Origin: Clostridia bacterium
GTDB taxonomy: Bacteria > Bacillota > Clostridia > Saccharofermentanales > UBA5734
Assembly: GCA_040772685.1 (NCBI GenBank)
Contig: JAXGXQ010000001.1
Span: 321,930-385,929, forward strand
Reading direction: 5' to 3'
Length of the DNA stretch: 64,000 bases
Shown piece by piece: positions 55,618 through 64,000 of this stretch. Position numbers and translations under genes: made by a program. The notes beneath the pieces are model-generated. The model was not told the origin of the DNA. It worked only from the letters and a program-made list of their open reading frames with translations, and searched no databases. How positions within the stretch are numbered: position 1 is the first letter of the stretch; every line of letters begins with the position of its first letter.

Positions 55618-55726
55618 GCGTGCATCCTTTCCGCTTTTTTATATGATGCCCGTTATTTCCATTCCAGTAAAGAGTAAGCGATTTATTTTCTGCGGCAAAT
55701 CATGGCAATTCCAACTAAACGGGCGC

Positions 55727-55763
55727 AAAAAAAGACCCGACACTTTTGTAGTTGCGTCAGGTC
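55727..55763 (-). terminator. Rho-independent terminator after rplS
   Basis: On the - strand: GACCTGAC...GTCGGGTC followed by T7. Confidence 0.75.
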
Positions 55764-55768
55764 TTCTC

Positions 55769-56119
55769 TTACTTTCTGATGAGTTTTTCTTTGACTTTGG
55801 CTGCCTTACCCACACGATCGCGCAGATAGTAGAGCTTGGCTCTTCTTACTTTACCTTTGCGCACGATTTCAATTGTATTGATGCGGGGTGAATGGACTGG
55901 CAGGACGCGTTCCACACCAACGCCGTAAGATAGACGGCGGACGGTGATGGTTTCGTTCAGGCCTGCGCCTTTACGAGCGATCACGGTGCCTTCAAAAATC
56001 TGAACACGCTCGCGGTTTCCTTCTTTAATCTTCAGGTGAACTTTTACATAATCACCAATTTCGACTTCAGGATAGGCGTTGCGAAGCTGTTCGCTCTCAA
56101 TGACTTTGACTAGGTCCAT
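55769..56119 (-). CDS. rplS: 50S ribosomal protein L19
   Basis: 116 aa, with [21 protein letters not shown]. Confidence 0.97.
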   Translation of the reverse strand: MDLVKVIESEQLRNAYPEVEIGDYVKVHLKIKEGNRERVQIFEGTVIARKGAGLNETITVRRLSYGVGVERVLPVHSPRINTIEIVRKGKVRRAKLYYLRDRVGKAAKVKEKLIRK

Positions 56120-56241
56120 ATTGCGTTCCTCCTCTCTTTATCAGACGTTCATGCACGCAATTGGCAGCGGACCGTCTTTGTTAGCGACTGAAAGAATAAC
56201 AAACTTTGCCGGAAAAAGCAATATTTTTCGCTGTTTTGCTA

Positions 56242-57027
56242 TTATTCGCCGCTTTGTTCATCGCTTTGTCCTGATAAATTATTTTCTTCGGCAAATGCTA
56301 AAGCTAAATCAGTATAATCCTTTTCACTTAGTTTGAGTTTGTCAAATAAATCGGGTCGTTTTTTACAGGTTTCGATCAGCGCTGCTATTTTCTGCCACTC
56401 CTGAATACGGGCATGATGACCTGACAACAGGACATCAGGAACAGCTTTATCGCGCCAAACAGCCGGCCTTGTGTACTGCGGATACTCCAAAACACCGCTC
56501 ATATGTGATTCTTTGCGATAGGCCTCTTCGTTAGGTAACACTCCCGGCAAAAGGCGGGCTACAGCATCAATCACCGCACAGGCTGCAAGCTCGCCGCCGG
56601 TCAGAACAAAGTCACCGAGCGAAATTTCTTCGTCGACAATTTCATCGAGCACACGCTGGTCAACACCTTCATAATGACCGCAAAGCAAAATCAAGTGGTC
56701 AAGGTTCGCCAGCTCAATAGCTTTTTGCTGGTTAAAGACCGAGCCTTTTGGTGACAGATAGACTGTCCGGCGCTGCTCAGCTGTAACTTCTCGCGAACCG
56801 TTCAAAGCTGTCTGCCAGGCATCATAAATCGGTTGACACATCATCAGCATTCCGGTGCCACCGCCGAAGCAATAGTCGTCTACCTTGCCGTAACTGTTAA
56901 TGGCAAAGTCACGGATGTTGATTGTTTCCAACGTAAAGTGCTGTTCCGCCAAAGCGCGGCCAGTAATGCTGGTGCCTATGACGGTTTCAACCAATTCGGG
57001 AAACAGTGTCAGAACCGTGGTTTTCAT
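56242..57027 (-). CDS. trmD: tRNA (guanine37-N1)-methyltransferase
   Basis: Motifs LTLFPE, GGGTGMLM, LLCGHYEGVDQR and the SPOUT knot. Confidence 0.95.
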   Translation of the reverse strand: MKTTVLTLFPELVETVIGTSITGRALAEQHFTLETINIRDFAINSYGKVDDYCFGGGTGMLMMCQPIYDAWQTALNGSREVTAEQRRTVYLSPKGSVFNQQKAIELANLDHLILLCGHYEGVDQRVLDEIVDEEISLGDFVLTGGELAACAVIDAVARLLPGVLPNEEAYRKESHMSGVLEYPQYTRPAVWRDKAVPDVLLSGHHARIQEWQKIAALIETCKKRPDLFDKLKLSEKDYTDLALAFAEENNLSGQSDEQSGE

Positions 57028-57653
57028 GACTCTGTCTCACTGCCTGGCCGGTAAAGCTCCACCAGTCCAGCAGGCAACGCAGTGTCGATGCGTTTTGCTT
57101 CCGGGTCTATCTTGATAATAAAGTCGGCCGCAGCCGGAAACAGCAGGTCAGGTTGGCCCTTTTGGGCAACAACATAAACATCCTGCGCCGTTTGCTGATT
57201 AATATCTTTCAGTTTGCCAAGTTCACCGTTGTGTTTATCAATGACAGTAAAGCCAATGAGATCACAGATGAACCATTTGCCCGGCGGCAGTTCGATCGCG
57301 TTTTCCCTGTCTACAGAAAGAAACCAGCCGCGCAGCTTTTCAGCGGCCTCGCGGTTGGTGATTCCTTCGACCGTAACCAGAATGAAGGGCGGTTGTTCCC
57401 TGGTGTTTTTCAGTTTAACCAGCCGATGTTCTGTTTCGTCAGGTGAGGTCAGATAACATTCACGCAAACCAGCAAAGCGCTCGTTGCGCTCAGTCAGCGG
57501 CATAACCCGGACTTCCCCAAGCACACCATGCGGCGCTGTTATCCGGCCAATTTCCAAAAAAGGCCGCAAACCGTCCCGACAGTTTTTTGCCGATCCAGTT
57601 TTACTTTTGCCTTTTCCGATGCTATCTGAGATGTCGTTGATAGAATCAGACAA
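57024..57653 (-). CDS. rimM: 16S rRNA processing protein RimM
   Basis: Motif GRITAPHGVLGEVRV and a PRC barrel, with an N-terminal extension of about 30 aa. It overlaps trmD (ATGA). Confidence 0.9.
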   Translation of the reverse strand: MSDSINDISDSIGKGKSKTGSAKNCRDGLRPFLEIGRITAPHGVLGEVRVMPLTERNERFAGLRECYLTSPDETEHRLVKLKNTREQPPFILVTVEGITNREAAEKLRGWFLSVDRENAIELPPGKWFICDLIGFTVIDKHNGELGKLKDINQQTAQDVYVVAQKGQPDLLFPAAADFIIKIDPEAKRIDTALPAGLVELYRPGSETES

Positions 57654-57873
57654 TGTCTACTATCACTTTCTTGCCTTCGCGAATGCCTTTAGCTTTCACT
57701 ATAGTTCTAATCGCCTGGGCTCTTCTTCCCTGTTTGCCGATTACCTTACCCATATCCTCAGGTGCTACATGCAGCTTCAGGATAACGGTATGGCCAAGAT
57801 CCTGTTGACTGATACTGATAGCATCAGGGTCGTTAACCAGCGGGCGGACAATTGTTGCAAGCAGATCTTTCAT
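57646..57873 (-). CDS. KH-domain RNA-binding protein (YlqC family)
   Basis: 75 aa, with the GKVIGKQGR GxxG loop, positioned between rpsP and rimM. Confidence 0.85.
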   Translation of the reverse strand: MKDLLATIVRPLVNDPDAISISQQDLGHTVILKLHVAPEDMGKVIGKQGRRAQAIRTIVKAKGIREGKKVIVDIV

Positions 57874-57902
57874 TACAAATTACCTCCTGAAAAAAGCGCG
57901 CA

Positions 57903-58157
57903 TTATTCGGCCGGTTCAGAAGGCTTTACTTTCTTCAGCAATGCGCGTACGGTATCAGTCGGCTGAGCGCCGTTGCTGATCCATTTGTTGGCGGCTTCAA
58001 GATCGATATCCACTGTAACCGGGTCGGTTAGCGGGTTATAGGTTCCGATTTCCTCGATAAAACGGCCGTCGCGCGGATAACGAGAATCAGCTACGACAAC
58101 ACGGTAGAAGGGTGCCTTTTTTGCACCGATACGTTTGAGACGGATTTTTACTGCCAT
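57903..58157 (-). CDS. rpsP: 30S ribosomal protein S16
   Basis: [26 protein letters not shown]. Confidence 0.97.
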   Translation of the reverse strand: MAVKIRLKRIGAKKAPFYRVVVADSRYPRDGRFIEEIGTYNPLTDPVTVDIDLEAANKWISNGAQPTDTVRALLKKVKPSEPAE

Positions 58158-58261
58158 GGAAATTTTCCTCCTTATTTGCGATGCTTTGCATCACTTTGCT
58201 TTTTAATTTATTTATGACAATGGGCTTGTGCCGCGGCTCGAACCTGGCAGGTAGACCGTTT

Positions 58262-59620
58262 TTAGAACGGGAACCCGCCTTTACCGAAACCGAAACCGGG
58301 CATACGCCCTTTCCTGCCCTTGGCCATGCCTGTGAATTGCTTCATCATTTTCTGAGTGTCTTCATACTGGCGGATGAGGCGGTTAACCTCCTGTACACTG
58401 GTGCCTGAACCAGCGGCAATCCGCTTGCGGCGGCTGGCATTGAGCAGGTTGGGGGTATTGCGCTCTTTCCGGGTCATCGAACGGATAATCGCCATACTGC
58501 GGTCAATGGCCTTTTCGTCGATATCTTTTTCGCTGATTTGCTTATTGCCCATACCGGGAAGCATTCCGATCATGTCTTTAAGCGAACCCATTTTGCCCAT
58601 TTCTTCAAACTGCTGCAGCATATCTTCGAGTGTGAATTGGTTCTTGCGCAGTTTTTCCACCGCATCAAGCGCTTTTTTCTCATCCAGGGCAGCTGATGCT
58701 TTTTCAATCAGCGTCATGACATCGCCCATGCCAAGAATCCGGGAAGCCATGCGGTCAGGATGGAATTCTTCAATATCTTCGACTTTTTCACCAACAGTTA
58801 TCAGCTTAATCGGCTTGCCTGTCATGTGGCGGATCGAAAGGGCGGCACCGCCGCGGGCATCACCGTCCAGCTTGGTCATGATGAAGCCGTCGAGGCCGAT
58901 TTCCTGGTCAAACTGTAAAGCAACGTTAACGGCTTCCTGGCCGATCATGGCATCAACAACCAGCAGTTTTTCGGTTGGGTTTACAGCCTTGCCGATTTGA
59001 CGCAGCTCATTCATCATTTCGCTGTCAATTGTCATGCGGCCTGCGGTATCTACTATCAGTGTGTCGCAGAGCATATAGCGCGCCCTGCCTACAGCGGCAG
59101 CGGCAATATCGGCGGCGTCTTTGTTTTCAGGCTGGATGAAACAGGGAATATTGATTTTTTCGGCCAGAATTTCAAGCTGTCGGGCAGCGGCAGGCCTGTG
59201 GACGTCCACAGAGGTCAACATCGGCTTCTTGCCTTTTTGACGCAGCATCAGCGCCAGCTTAGCGGCAGTTGTAGTTTTACCTGCGCCTTGCAAACCATAG
59301 AGCATGATTACTGTGAAGCCGGTGGGAGAAACCGCAATTTTGCTGCTCGATTCCCCCAGAATTTTTACCAGTGATTCATGCACGATTTTGACTACCTGTT
59401 GCCCAGGCGTCAGGCTTTCCATTACTTCAGCGCCTTTACTGCGCTCGGAAATATCTGCAACCAGTTCTTTTACAACCTGGTAGTTAACGTCAGCTTCCAA
59501 CAGCGAGAGACGAATCTCGCGCATCATTTCCTTGATATCCTGCTCGGTAACGCGTGCCTTACCGCGCATTTTGGCGGTGATTTGGGCCATCCTTGCCGAT
59601 AGACCTTCAAATAGAGCCAT
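58262..59620 (-). CDS. ffh: Signal recognition particle protein Ffh
   Basis: Motifs GLQGAGKTTTAAKLA, DTAGR and TKLDG, plus a Met-rich M domain. Confidence 0.97.
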   Translation of the reverse strand: MALFEGLSARMAQITAKMRGKARVTEQDIKEMMREIRLSLLEADVNYQVVKELVADISERSKGAEVMESLTPGQQVVKIVHESLVKILGESSSKIAVSPTGFTVIMLYGLQGAGKTTTAAKLALMLRQKGKKPMLTSVDVHRPAAARQLEILAEKINIPCFIQPENKDAADIAAAAVGRARYMLCDTLIVDTAGRMTIDSEMMNELRQIGKAVNPTEKLLVVDAMIGQEAVNVALQFDQEIGLDGFIMTKLDGDARGGAALSIRHMTGKPIKLITVGEKVEDIEEFHPDRMASRILGMGDVMTLIEKASAALDEKKALDAVEKLRKNQFTLEDMLQQFEEMGKMGSLKDMIGMLPGMGNKQISEKDIDEKAIDRSMAIIRSMTRKERNTPNLLNASRRKRIAAGSGTSVQEVNRLIRQYEDTQKMMKQFTGMAKGRKGRMPGFGFGKGGFPF

Positions 59621-59688
59621 GCCATCTCCTTTATCCGATAACCGCTCGCAGGCGGCTGGGTTCTTTTTACTTCAGTGCTTTGTTCTTA

Positions 59689-60033
59689 TTACCACAGGAG
59701 TTCAGCTAAAGTCTGCAGCGAATTTTCCGCTCCCTGCCGGTCACCGGCGGCTACTGCCTTACGGGCCAGAGAAAGCTCTGCTTCCGCCTTTTGCCGTCGC
59801 TCCAAAAAGCGCAAACGGTTTTCAAAATCCAGCAGCGAAGCCATACCTCGGTTAACAGCATCGTGCACACCCTGTCTTGAAATTGCCAGGTTTTCAGCGA
59901 TTTCAGCCAACGAAAGATCCTCAGCCAAATAAAACTCAAGCACTTCTTTGGTTCTTTCTGTTAGAAGAGCTCCGTATAAATCCAGCAAAAGCAGACTTGT
60001 GGTGCGATCAGGATGTGTAAGAATTTCGCTCAT
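59689..60033 (-). CDS. ylxM: YlxM/UPF0122 putative DNA-binding protein
   Basis: Sigma-70 region-4-like HTH LSLAEIAENLAISRQGVHDAV. ATG at 60033. It lies upstream of ffh. Confidence 0.85.
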   Translation of the reverse strand: MSEILTHPDRTTSLLLLDLYGALLTERTKEVLEFYLAEDLSLAEIAENLAISRQGVHDAVNRGMASLLDFENRLRFLERRQKAEAELSLARKAVAAGDRQGAENSLQTLAELLW

Positions 60034-60093
60034 GCCAGCAATTATAAAGAATGCCTGTATCTCTGTCAAGCAGAAATACTTGACAGGCAGCAG

Positions 60094-61008
60094 TTAAGCA
60101 TCCGGCAAAAGTGAGTTGACGAATGATTCACTATCGAAGTCCATCAGGTCTTCCAGACCTTCGCCAAGCCCTGCTAAATAGATCGGCAGACTTGTTTCGG
60201 CTGCCACTGCCACGGCGACGCCGCCTTTGGCGTTGCCGTCCAGTTTAGTTATGACAATTCCAGTGACTTCAGTGACTTCATGGAAAACTCTGGCTTGTTG
60301 AACCGCGTTCTGGCCGGTTGTGGCGTCAATCACCAGCAAAGTTTCGCAGTTTGCTTCCGGTGCTTCCCTGGCGATAATCCGGCGGATTTTGGCCAGTTCA
60401 GCCATCAGATTGCCTTTATTGTGTAAACGGCCGGCTGTATCCAGAATCAGCACATCTGCTTTACGCGCCTTGGCTGCCTGTACAGAGTCAAAAACAACCG
60501 CTGCCGGGTCGGAACCTTCGGCATGGGCTATTACCGGGGTATTGGTGCGTTCGCCCCAAACAGTCAGCTGTTCAATTGCGGCAGCGCGGAAAGTGTCAGC
60601 AGCACCCATAATCACTTTAAGACCCTGTTTGTGGAACCTGGCGCAAAGCTTGCCGGCAGTTGTCGTTTTACCAGTGCCGTTCACACCTACCATCAGCAGA
60701 ATCGTCAGCTTGCCTTGTGGAATTTCCAGCTTTTGGGCGGGGCCGAGGATACGCAGCATTTGAGTGCGCATTTCTGTTAAAACGGCTGTGCGCGAAGCAT
60801 CACCGGTTGCTTTGATATGTTCGCGGATAGCTTGAATAATGGCTGTTGCATTACTGGCGCCGACATCGGCCTGAATCAGCAGGATTTCAAGGTCATCCAG
60901 CATTTCTTCATCGAAGAAACCAATATTCGCGGCAATACGGTTAAAACCGGTGGTTAATGCATCACGGGTTTTTTGCAAACCAAGCTTAAAAGCGTCAAAT
61001 AATCCCAT
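60094..61008 (-). CDS. ftsY: Signal recognition particle receptor FtsY
   Basis: Motifs GVNGTGKTTTAGKL, DTAGR and TKLDG. This is a short (NG-only) form of 304 aa. Confidence 0.95.
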   Translation of the reverse strand: MGLFDAFKLGLQKTRDALTTGFNRIAANIGFFDEEMLDDLEILLIQADVGASNATAIIQAIREHIKATGDASRTAVLTEMRTQMLRILGPAQKLEIPQGKLTILLMVGVNGTGKTTTAGKLCARFHKQGLKVIMGAADTFRAAAIEQLTVWGERTNTPVIAHAEGSDPAAVVFDSVQAAKARKADVLILDTAGRLHNKGNLMAELAKIRRIIAREAPEANCETLLVIDATTGQNAVQQARVFHEVTEVTGIVITKLDGNAKGGVAVAVAAETSLPIYLAGLGEGLEDLMDFDSESFVNSLLPDA

Positions 61009-61023
61009 TTTCAGTACCTTTCA

Positions 61024-61101
61024 TCAGTCACCAAGTTTCATGGAGAGAATGCGTGAGATCCCTTAATCACCAAGTTTCATGGACAGAATGCGTGAGATCC
61101 C
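61024..61101. repeat. Perfect tandem 2 x 39-bp direct repeat: the smc 3' end duplicated into the smc-ftsY spacer
   Basis: Copy A (61063-61101) is the last 12 codons plus the stop of smc. Copy B (61024-61062) is 36/39 identical and directly adjacent. Confidence 0.9.
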
Positions 61102-64000
61102 TTTTTCCTGCATGGTAACGCCGTACAATCTGTCAGCGGCTTCCATTGTGCCTTTGCGATGGGTAACCAGGATAAACTGGGCATCGGCCGCATAGCGACG
61201 GATATATTCCGTAAACCTGACTACGTTGGCATCGTCTAGCGCTGCTTCAACTTCATCCAGCACACAGAACGGCGTCGGCCGCAATTTGAGTATAGCAAAC
61301 AACAAAGCAATTGCCGTCAGGCAGCGTTCACCGCCGGAAAGCAGCATCATGTTCTGTAACTTTTTGCCGGGAGGTTGAGCCTTGATTTCAATGCCGCAAT
61401 TAAGAATGTCGCTGTCGTTCTCCAGATTCAGCTCAGCTGTGCCGCCGCCGAATAATTCCGTAAATACTTCGCTGAAATTGATGTTGATCTGCTGGAAATG
61501 CTCGGAGAACTGCAGTTTCATCGCGGTGGTGATTTCTTCAATCACAGATTTAAGATCTCTGGCGGCCGACTCAATATCATCACGCTGGCGGATCATGAAT
61601 TCGCAGCGTTCACTTACTTGTGAATATTCTTCAATTGCAGCAACGTTAACGTCGCCCAAACCACGCAGTTCGCTGCGCAGCGCTGCGACTTCACGGCTGG
61701 TTTCAGCCCGGTTGGTCAAAGCCTGCCAGTCGGTACCTACTTGTTCTGCTGTCAATTCGTATTCTTCCCATAGCCGGTTTTTGGCTTCGTCCAGCTGCAT
61801 TTCAGTCTTGCCAAGACGGGCTTCAATTCTGGCTATTTCTGTTTGCAACGCCGTGCCGCGGGCTGAGGCCGCTTCCAGCTCTGTGAAAAGGTTAGAACGC
61901 TCAGCATCTGCTTTTTCTTTACGTTTGGTAAGTTGCCCGCCTTCAGAGCTTACTTTCTGGCCGGCATCCTTGATTTGCAGGATCTTGCTGGTGATTTGCT
62001 CAACCGCTGTTGTCAGCGCGGCAATTTCCGCATGCAAATGGGTACGGTCAGATTCTCGCCGCTGCTGCCTTTGCAGACTGGCCTGGCGCTCTGTTTCAAT
62101 CCTGGCTGTAACTTCAAGAGCAGCCTGCAGCGATTCTTCAACAGAACGGAACGAAACGCGCAGATCCGAGACGGTTTCGCGCAGGTCATCACGACGTGCC
62201 CGGTCTTCCCGGCCGCTGGTTTCAGTCTGTGCTATAAGCTCGCGCAATTCGGCGATTCTGGCTTCCATGTTTGCAATTGCCTGTTCGGCAGAAGCCACTT
62301 CATTTTCGGAATTCTTTTGCTGCTCGTTCAGCTGGTTTAAATCAATCTGCAGCATTTCGCGTCTTGCTTCAATGCGCGCTGTTTCGGCGATAATCATATT
62401 GAGGGCAGCTTCCGCTTGCAGGCGTTCGCGGTCTACAGCAGTTGTTTGCTGATCAAGTACAACCAGGTTACGGGCCGATTCAGTTGCCGCAAGCTCGGCT
62501 TTATTGTGTTCGGTCCGCTTTTTGGCTAAAGCCGTTTCAATATTGGTGATTTTTTCTCCCAGCTGTTCAATTTCACGTGTGCGGCTCAGCATACCGCTGG
62601 CAGCCTGGCGATTGTAGCCGCCGGTCATGGAGCCACCCGGGTTTATCACATCGCCGGCTAAAGTCACAATCCGGCAACTGAAACGGATTTGCCTGGCCAT
62701 GATGTTAGCCGCGTTCAGATCGGCTGCGATCACCACGCGCCCCAGCAACGAGCCAACAATTGCCTTTAAGTCTTCCTCACAGCGCACCAGATCCGAGGCT
62801 ACTGCGATGAAACCGCTTTGCCGGTGCAAAGTTTGGAGGATATCTAAATCAAGGCTACGGCCGCGGATATTGGAGATCGGCAGGAAAGTCGCACGTCCGT
62901 AACGCTTTTCCTTGAGCCATTCGATCAACCGGGCTGCGGTTTGCTCATCTGCGGTAACAATATTCTGCAGGGCGTGGCCAAGCGCAATTTCCACAGCCAG
63001 CTCGTAATCCTGCTCAACCCGGATCAGGTCAGCAAGCGTACCACGGATACCCTCGGCAAACAGCTTGTCGCGGCTGGCTTCCTGCATAATCCGGCGCACC
63101 GGTTCAACATAACCTTCGCGGTTACGCTCCAGATCCTGGAGCGTGCGGCGGCGGTATTCACTGTTATGCAATTCCTGCTCATCAGCGGTAATCTGCCGGT
63201 CGAGACTTGTTATCCCGCTTTGTTCAGCAGCCAGGCGATTGCGTGATTCTTCTGCCTCGGTTGCAAGCCCGGCCAGCTTTTGGCGAACCGCGCTTAAAGC
63301 AGTTTCAGCCTCTTCCTGCTGAATCCGGCTGCGGTCAATATCACTGATCAAATCTGCTAACTCCAGCTTCAACGAGCGCCGGCGCGAATCCAGTAAGGTC
63401 CCCTGACCACGAATTTGCTGCAGCTGGCCTCGCTGTTCAAACAGTTTGTCCTGCAGACTGCTATATTCAGCTTTTTGCGTTTCCAGACGTTTTTCCTGTT
63501 GATCGAGTACGGACAAAACCGCGTTCATTTCGTTTTCCGCAGCTGTCAGACGGTCTTTATATTGTCTTGCCTGAAGTTTCAGGCGTTCAGCTTTGGTTTG
63601 TTTATCAGCAAGTTCAGCATCGAGTACTCCTAACTGGCGATCCAGCTCAGATTGCTCAGATTCACTGGCGGTAATCTGCAGTTTCAGTTGCTTGATGCGA
63701 TCCTGGTTGCGCAGCAGTTGACCTTCGGCAGCAGATAATTCCTGATTAAGTTCCATAAAGCGGGCGCGCTGTTCTGTCAAGGCCTGCTCAAGAGCTTGAC
63801 TCTCAGTTTGCAGCAAAGAGTTGCGTTCACGCAGGTTATCCAATTTAAAGTTTTCATCCCGCAGGTCTTCAGTGACCTGGAATAACTCCTCGGACTGTTC
63901 CAGCCGCTTCTGCTCATGCTGATTTATCGTATCCAGCAGCAGGTTTGTTTCACGCTCTTTAAGCTGATCGCGCAGGTAAAGGTATCTTTTCGCTACCGCG
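61063..64000 (-). CDS. smc: Chromosome segregation protein SMC, N-terminal part beyond the window
   Basis: Long coiled-coil, hinge (..GYVEPVRRIM..ATFLPI..), and a C-terminal LSGGERCLTAIALLFA plus CVLDEVEAALD. The reading frame stays open upstream of the supplied TTG start, through to position 64000. Confidence 0.95.
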   Translation of the reverse strand, partial: AVAKRYLYLRDQLKERETNLLLDTINQHEQKRLEQSEELFQVTEDLRDENFKLDNLRERNSLLQTESQALEQALTEQRARFMELNQELSAAEGQLLRNQDRIKQLKLQITASESEQSELDRQLGVLDAELADKQTKAERLKLQARQYKDRLTAAENEMNAVLSVLDQQEKRLETQKAEYSSLQDKLFEQRGQLQQIRGQGTLLDSRRRSLKLELADLISDIDRSRIQQEEAETALSAVRQKLAGLATEAEESRNRLAAEQSGITSLDRQITADEQELHNSEYRRRTLQDLERNREGYVEPVRRIMQEASRDKLFAEGIRGTLADLIRVEQDYELAVEIALGHALQNIVTADEQTAARLIEWLKEKRYGRATFLPISNIRGRSLDLDILQTLHRQSGFIAVASDLVRCEEDLKAIVGSLLGRVVIAADLNAANIMARQIRFSCRIVTLAGDVINPGGSMTGGYNRQAASGMLSRTREIEQLGEKITNIETALAKKRTEHNKAELAATESARNLVVLDQQTTAVDRERLQAEAALNMIIAETARIEARREMLQIDLNQLNEQQKNSENEVASAEQAIANMEARIAELRELIAQTETSGREDRARRDDLRETVSDLRVSFRSVEESLQAALEVTARIETERQASLQRQQRRESDRTHLHAEIAALTTAVEQITSKILQIKDAGQKVSSEGGQLTKRKEKADAERSNLFTELEAASARGTALQTEIARIEARLGKTEMQLDEAKNRLWEEYELTAEQVGTDWQALTNRAETSREVAALRSELRGLGDVNVAAIEEYSQVSERCEFMIRQRDDIESAARDLKSVIEEITTAMKLQFSEHFQQININFSEVFTELFGGGTAELNLENDSDILNCGIEIKAQPPGKKLQNMMLLSGGERCLTAIALLFAILKLRPTPFCVLDEVEAALDDANVVRFTEYIRRYAADAQFILVTHRKGTMEAADRLYGVTMQEKGISRILSMKLGD

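Noticed and set aside
56120-56241. The 122-nt trmD-rplS spacer as a ribosomal protein L19 autoregulatory leader.
   Set aside because: A hairpin (AGACG...CGTCT) is present just before the RBS, but I cannot match it to the L19 leader consensus from memory. It is left uncalled pending an Rfam scan.
61382-62452. A 356-aa + strand ORF (Ser/Arg/Ala-rich) antisense to smc. Similar antisense ORFs lie at 58356..59000 (ffh), 10993..11529 (pyrK/pyrD), 9885..10421 (pyrF), 26580..27119 (miaA), 48069..48635 (nifZ-like) and 46290..46799 (AIR-synthase-like).
   Set aside because: All lie wholly within well-supported genes on the other strand, lack ribosome-binding sites, and have biased, repetitive composition. 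They are treated as shadow ORFs.

Overview
This 64-kb window is core chromosome from a mid-GC Gram-positive bacterium, probably Firmicutes/Clostridia-like. That placement is inferred from a T-box leader, a PyrR attenuator, PyrK/PyrD-B, and Bacillus/Clostridium-type gene orders. Left to right:
- a decayed IS30-family transposase
- a tRNA pair (CAU anticodon, Tyr)
- cadD-like and fetAB-like transporters, yihY, glf
- tRNA-Leu(CAA) abutting a PyrR-attenuated pyr operon: pyrR-B-C-F-K-D, then an atypical PyrE-like gene, a YgjP/DUF45 hydrolase and an SDR
- class I DAHP synthase
- the moxR-DUF58-transglutaminase trio
- miaB-mutS-mutL-miaA-hfq
- lexA with a divergently transcribed unknown membrane-protein gene
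- a 560-bp orphan spacer
- T-box(Leu)-leuA, a LacI-family regulator, asd, a Xer-like recombinase, an M18 aminopeptidase, a PHP phosphatase
- nifS-iscU-mnmA, a larA homologue, rarA, glyA
- a gntR-nifZ-thiI-AIR-synthase-like operon
- a membrane protein, purB, an aminotransferase
- the conserved block smc-ftsY-ylxM-ffh-rpsP-ylqC-rimM-trmD-rplS-rbgA-rnhB-yraN, with smc cut by the window edge

I see no CRISPR array, no intact mobile element and no convincing multi-gene novel (for example defence) system. Most of the window is ordinary housekeeping DNA. The observations most worth a second look are:
1. The domain-less single-pass membrane protein encoded divergently from lexA, a positional analogue of SOS division inhibitors.
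2. tRNA-Leu sitting inside the pyr leader, with no room for a separate pyr promoter.
3. A perfect tandem 39-bp duplication of the smc 3' end whose three differences are all synonymous or stop-to-stop.
4. An atypical long PyrE-like gene and a YgjP-family gene translationally coupled to the pyr operon.
5. An AIR-synthase-like gene coupled to nifZ-thiI.

All calls rest on reading the sequence and the supplied translations. No database search was run.
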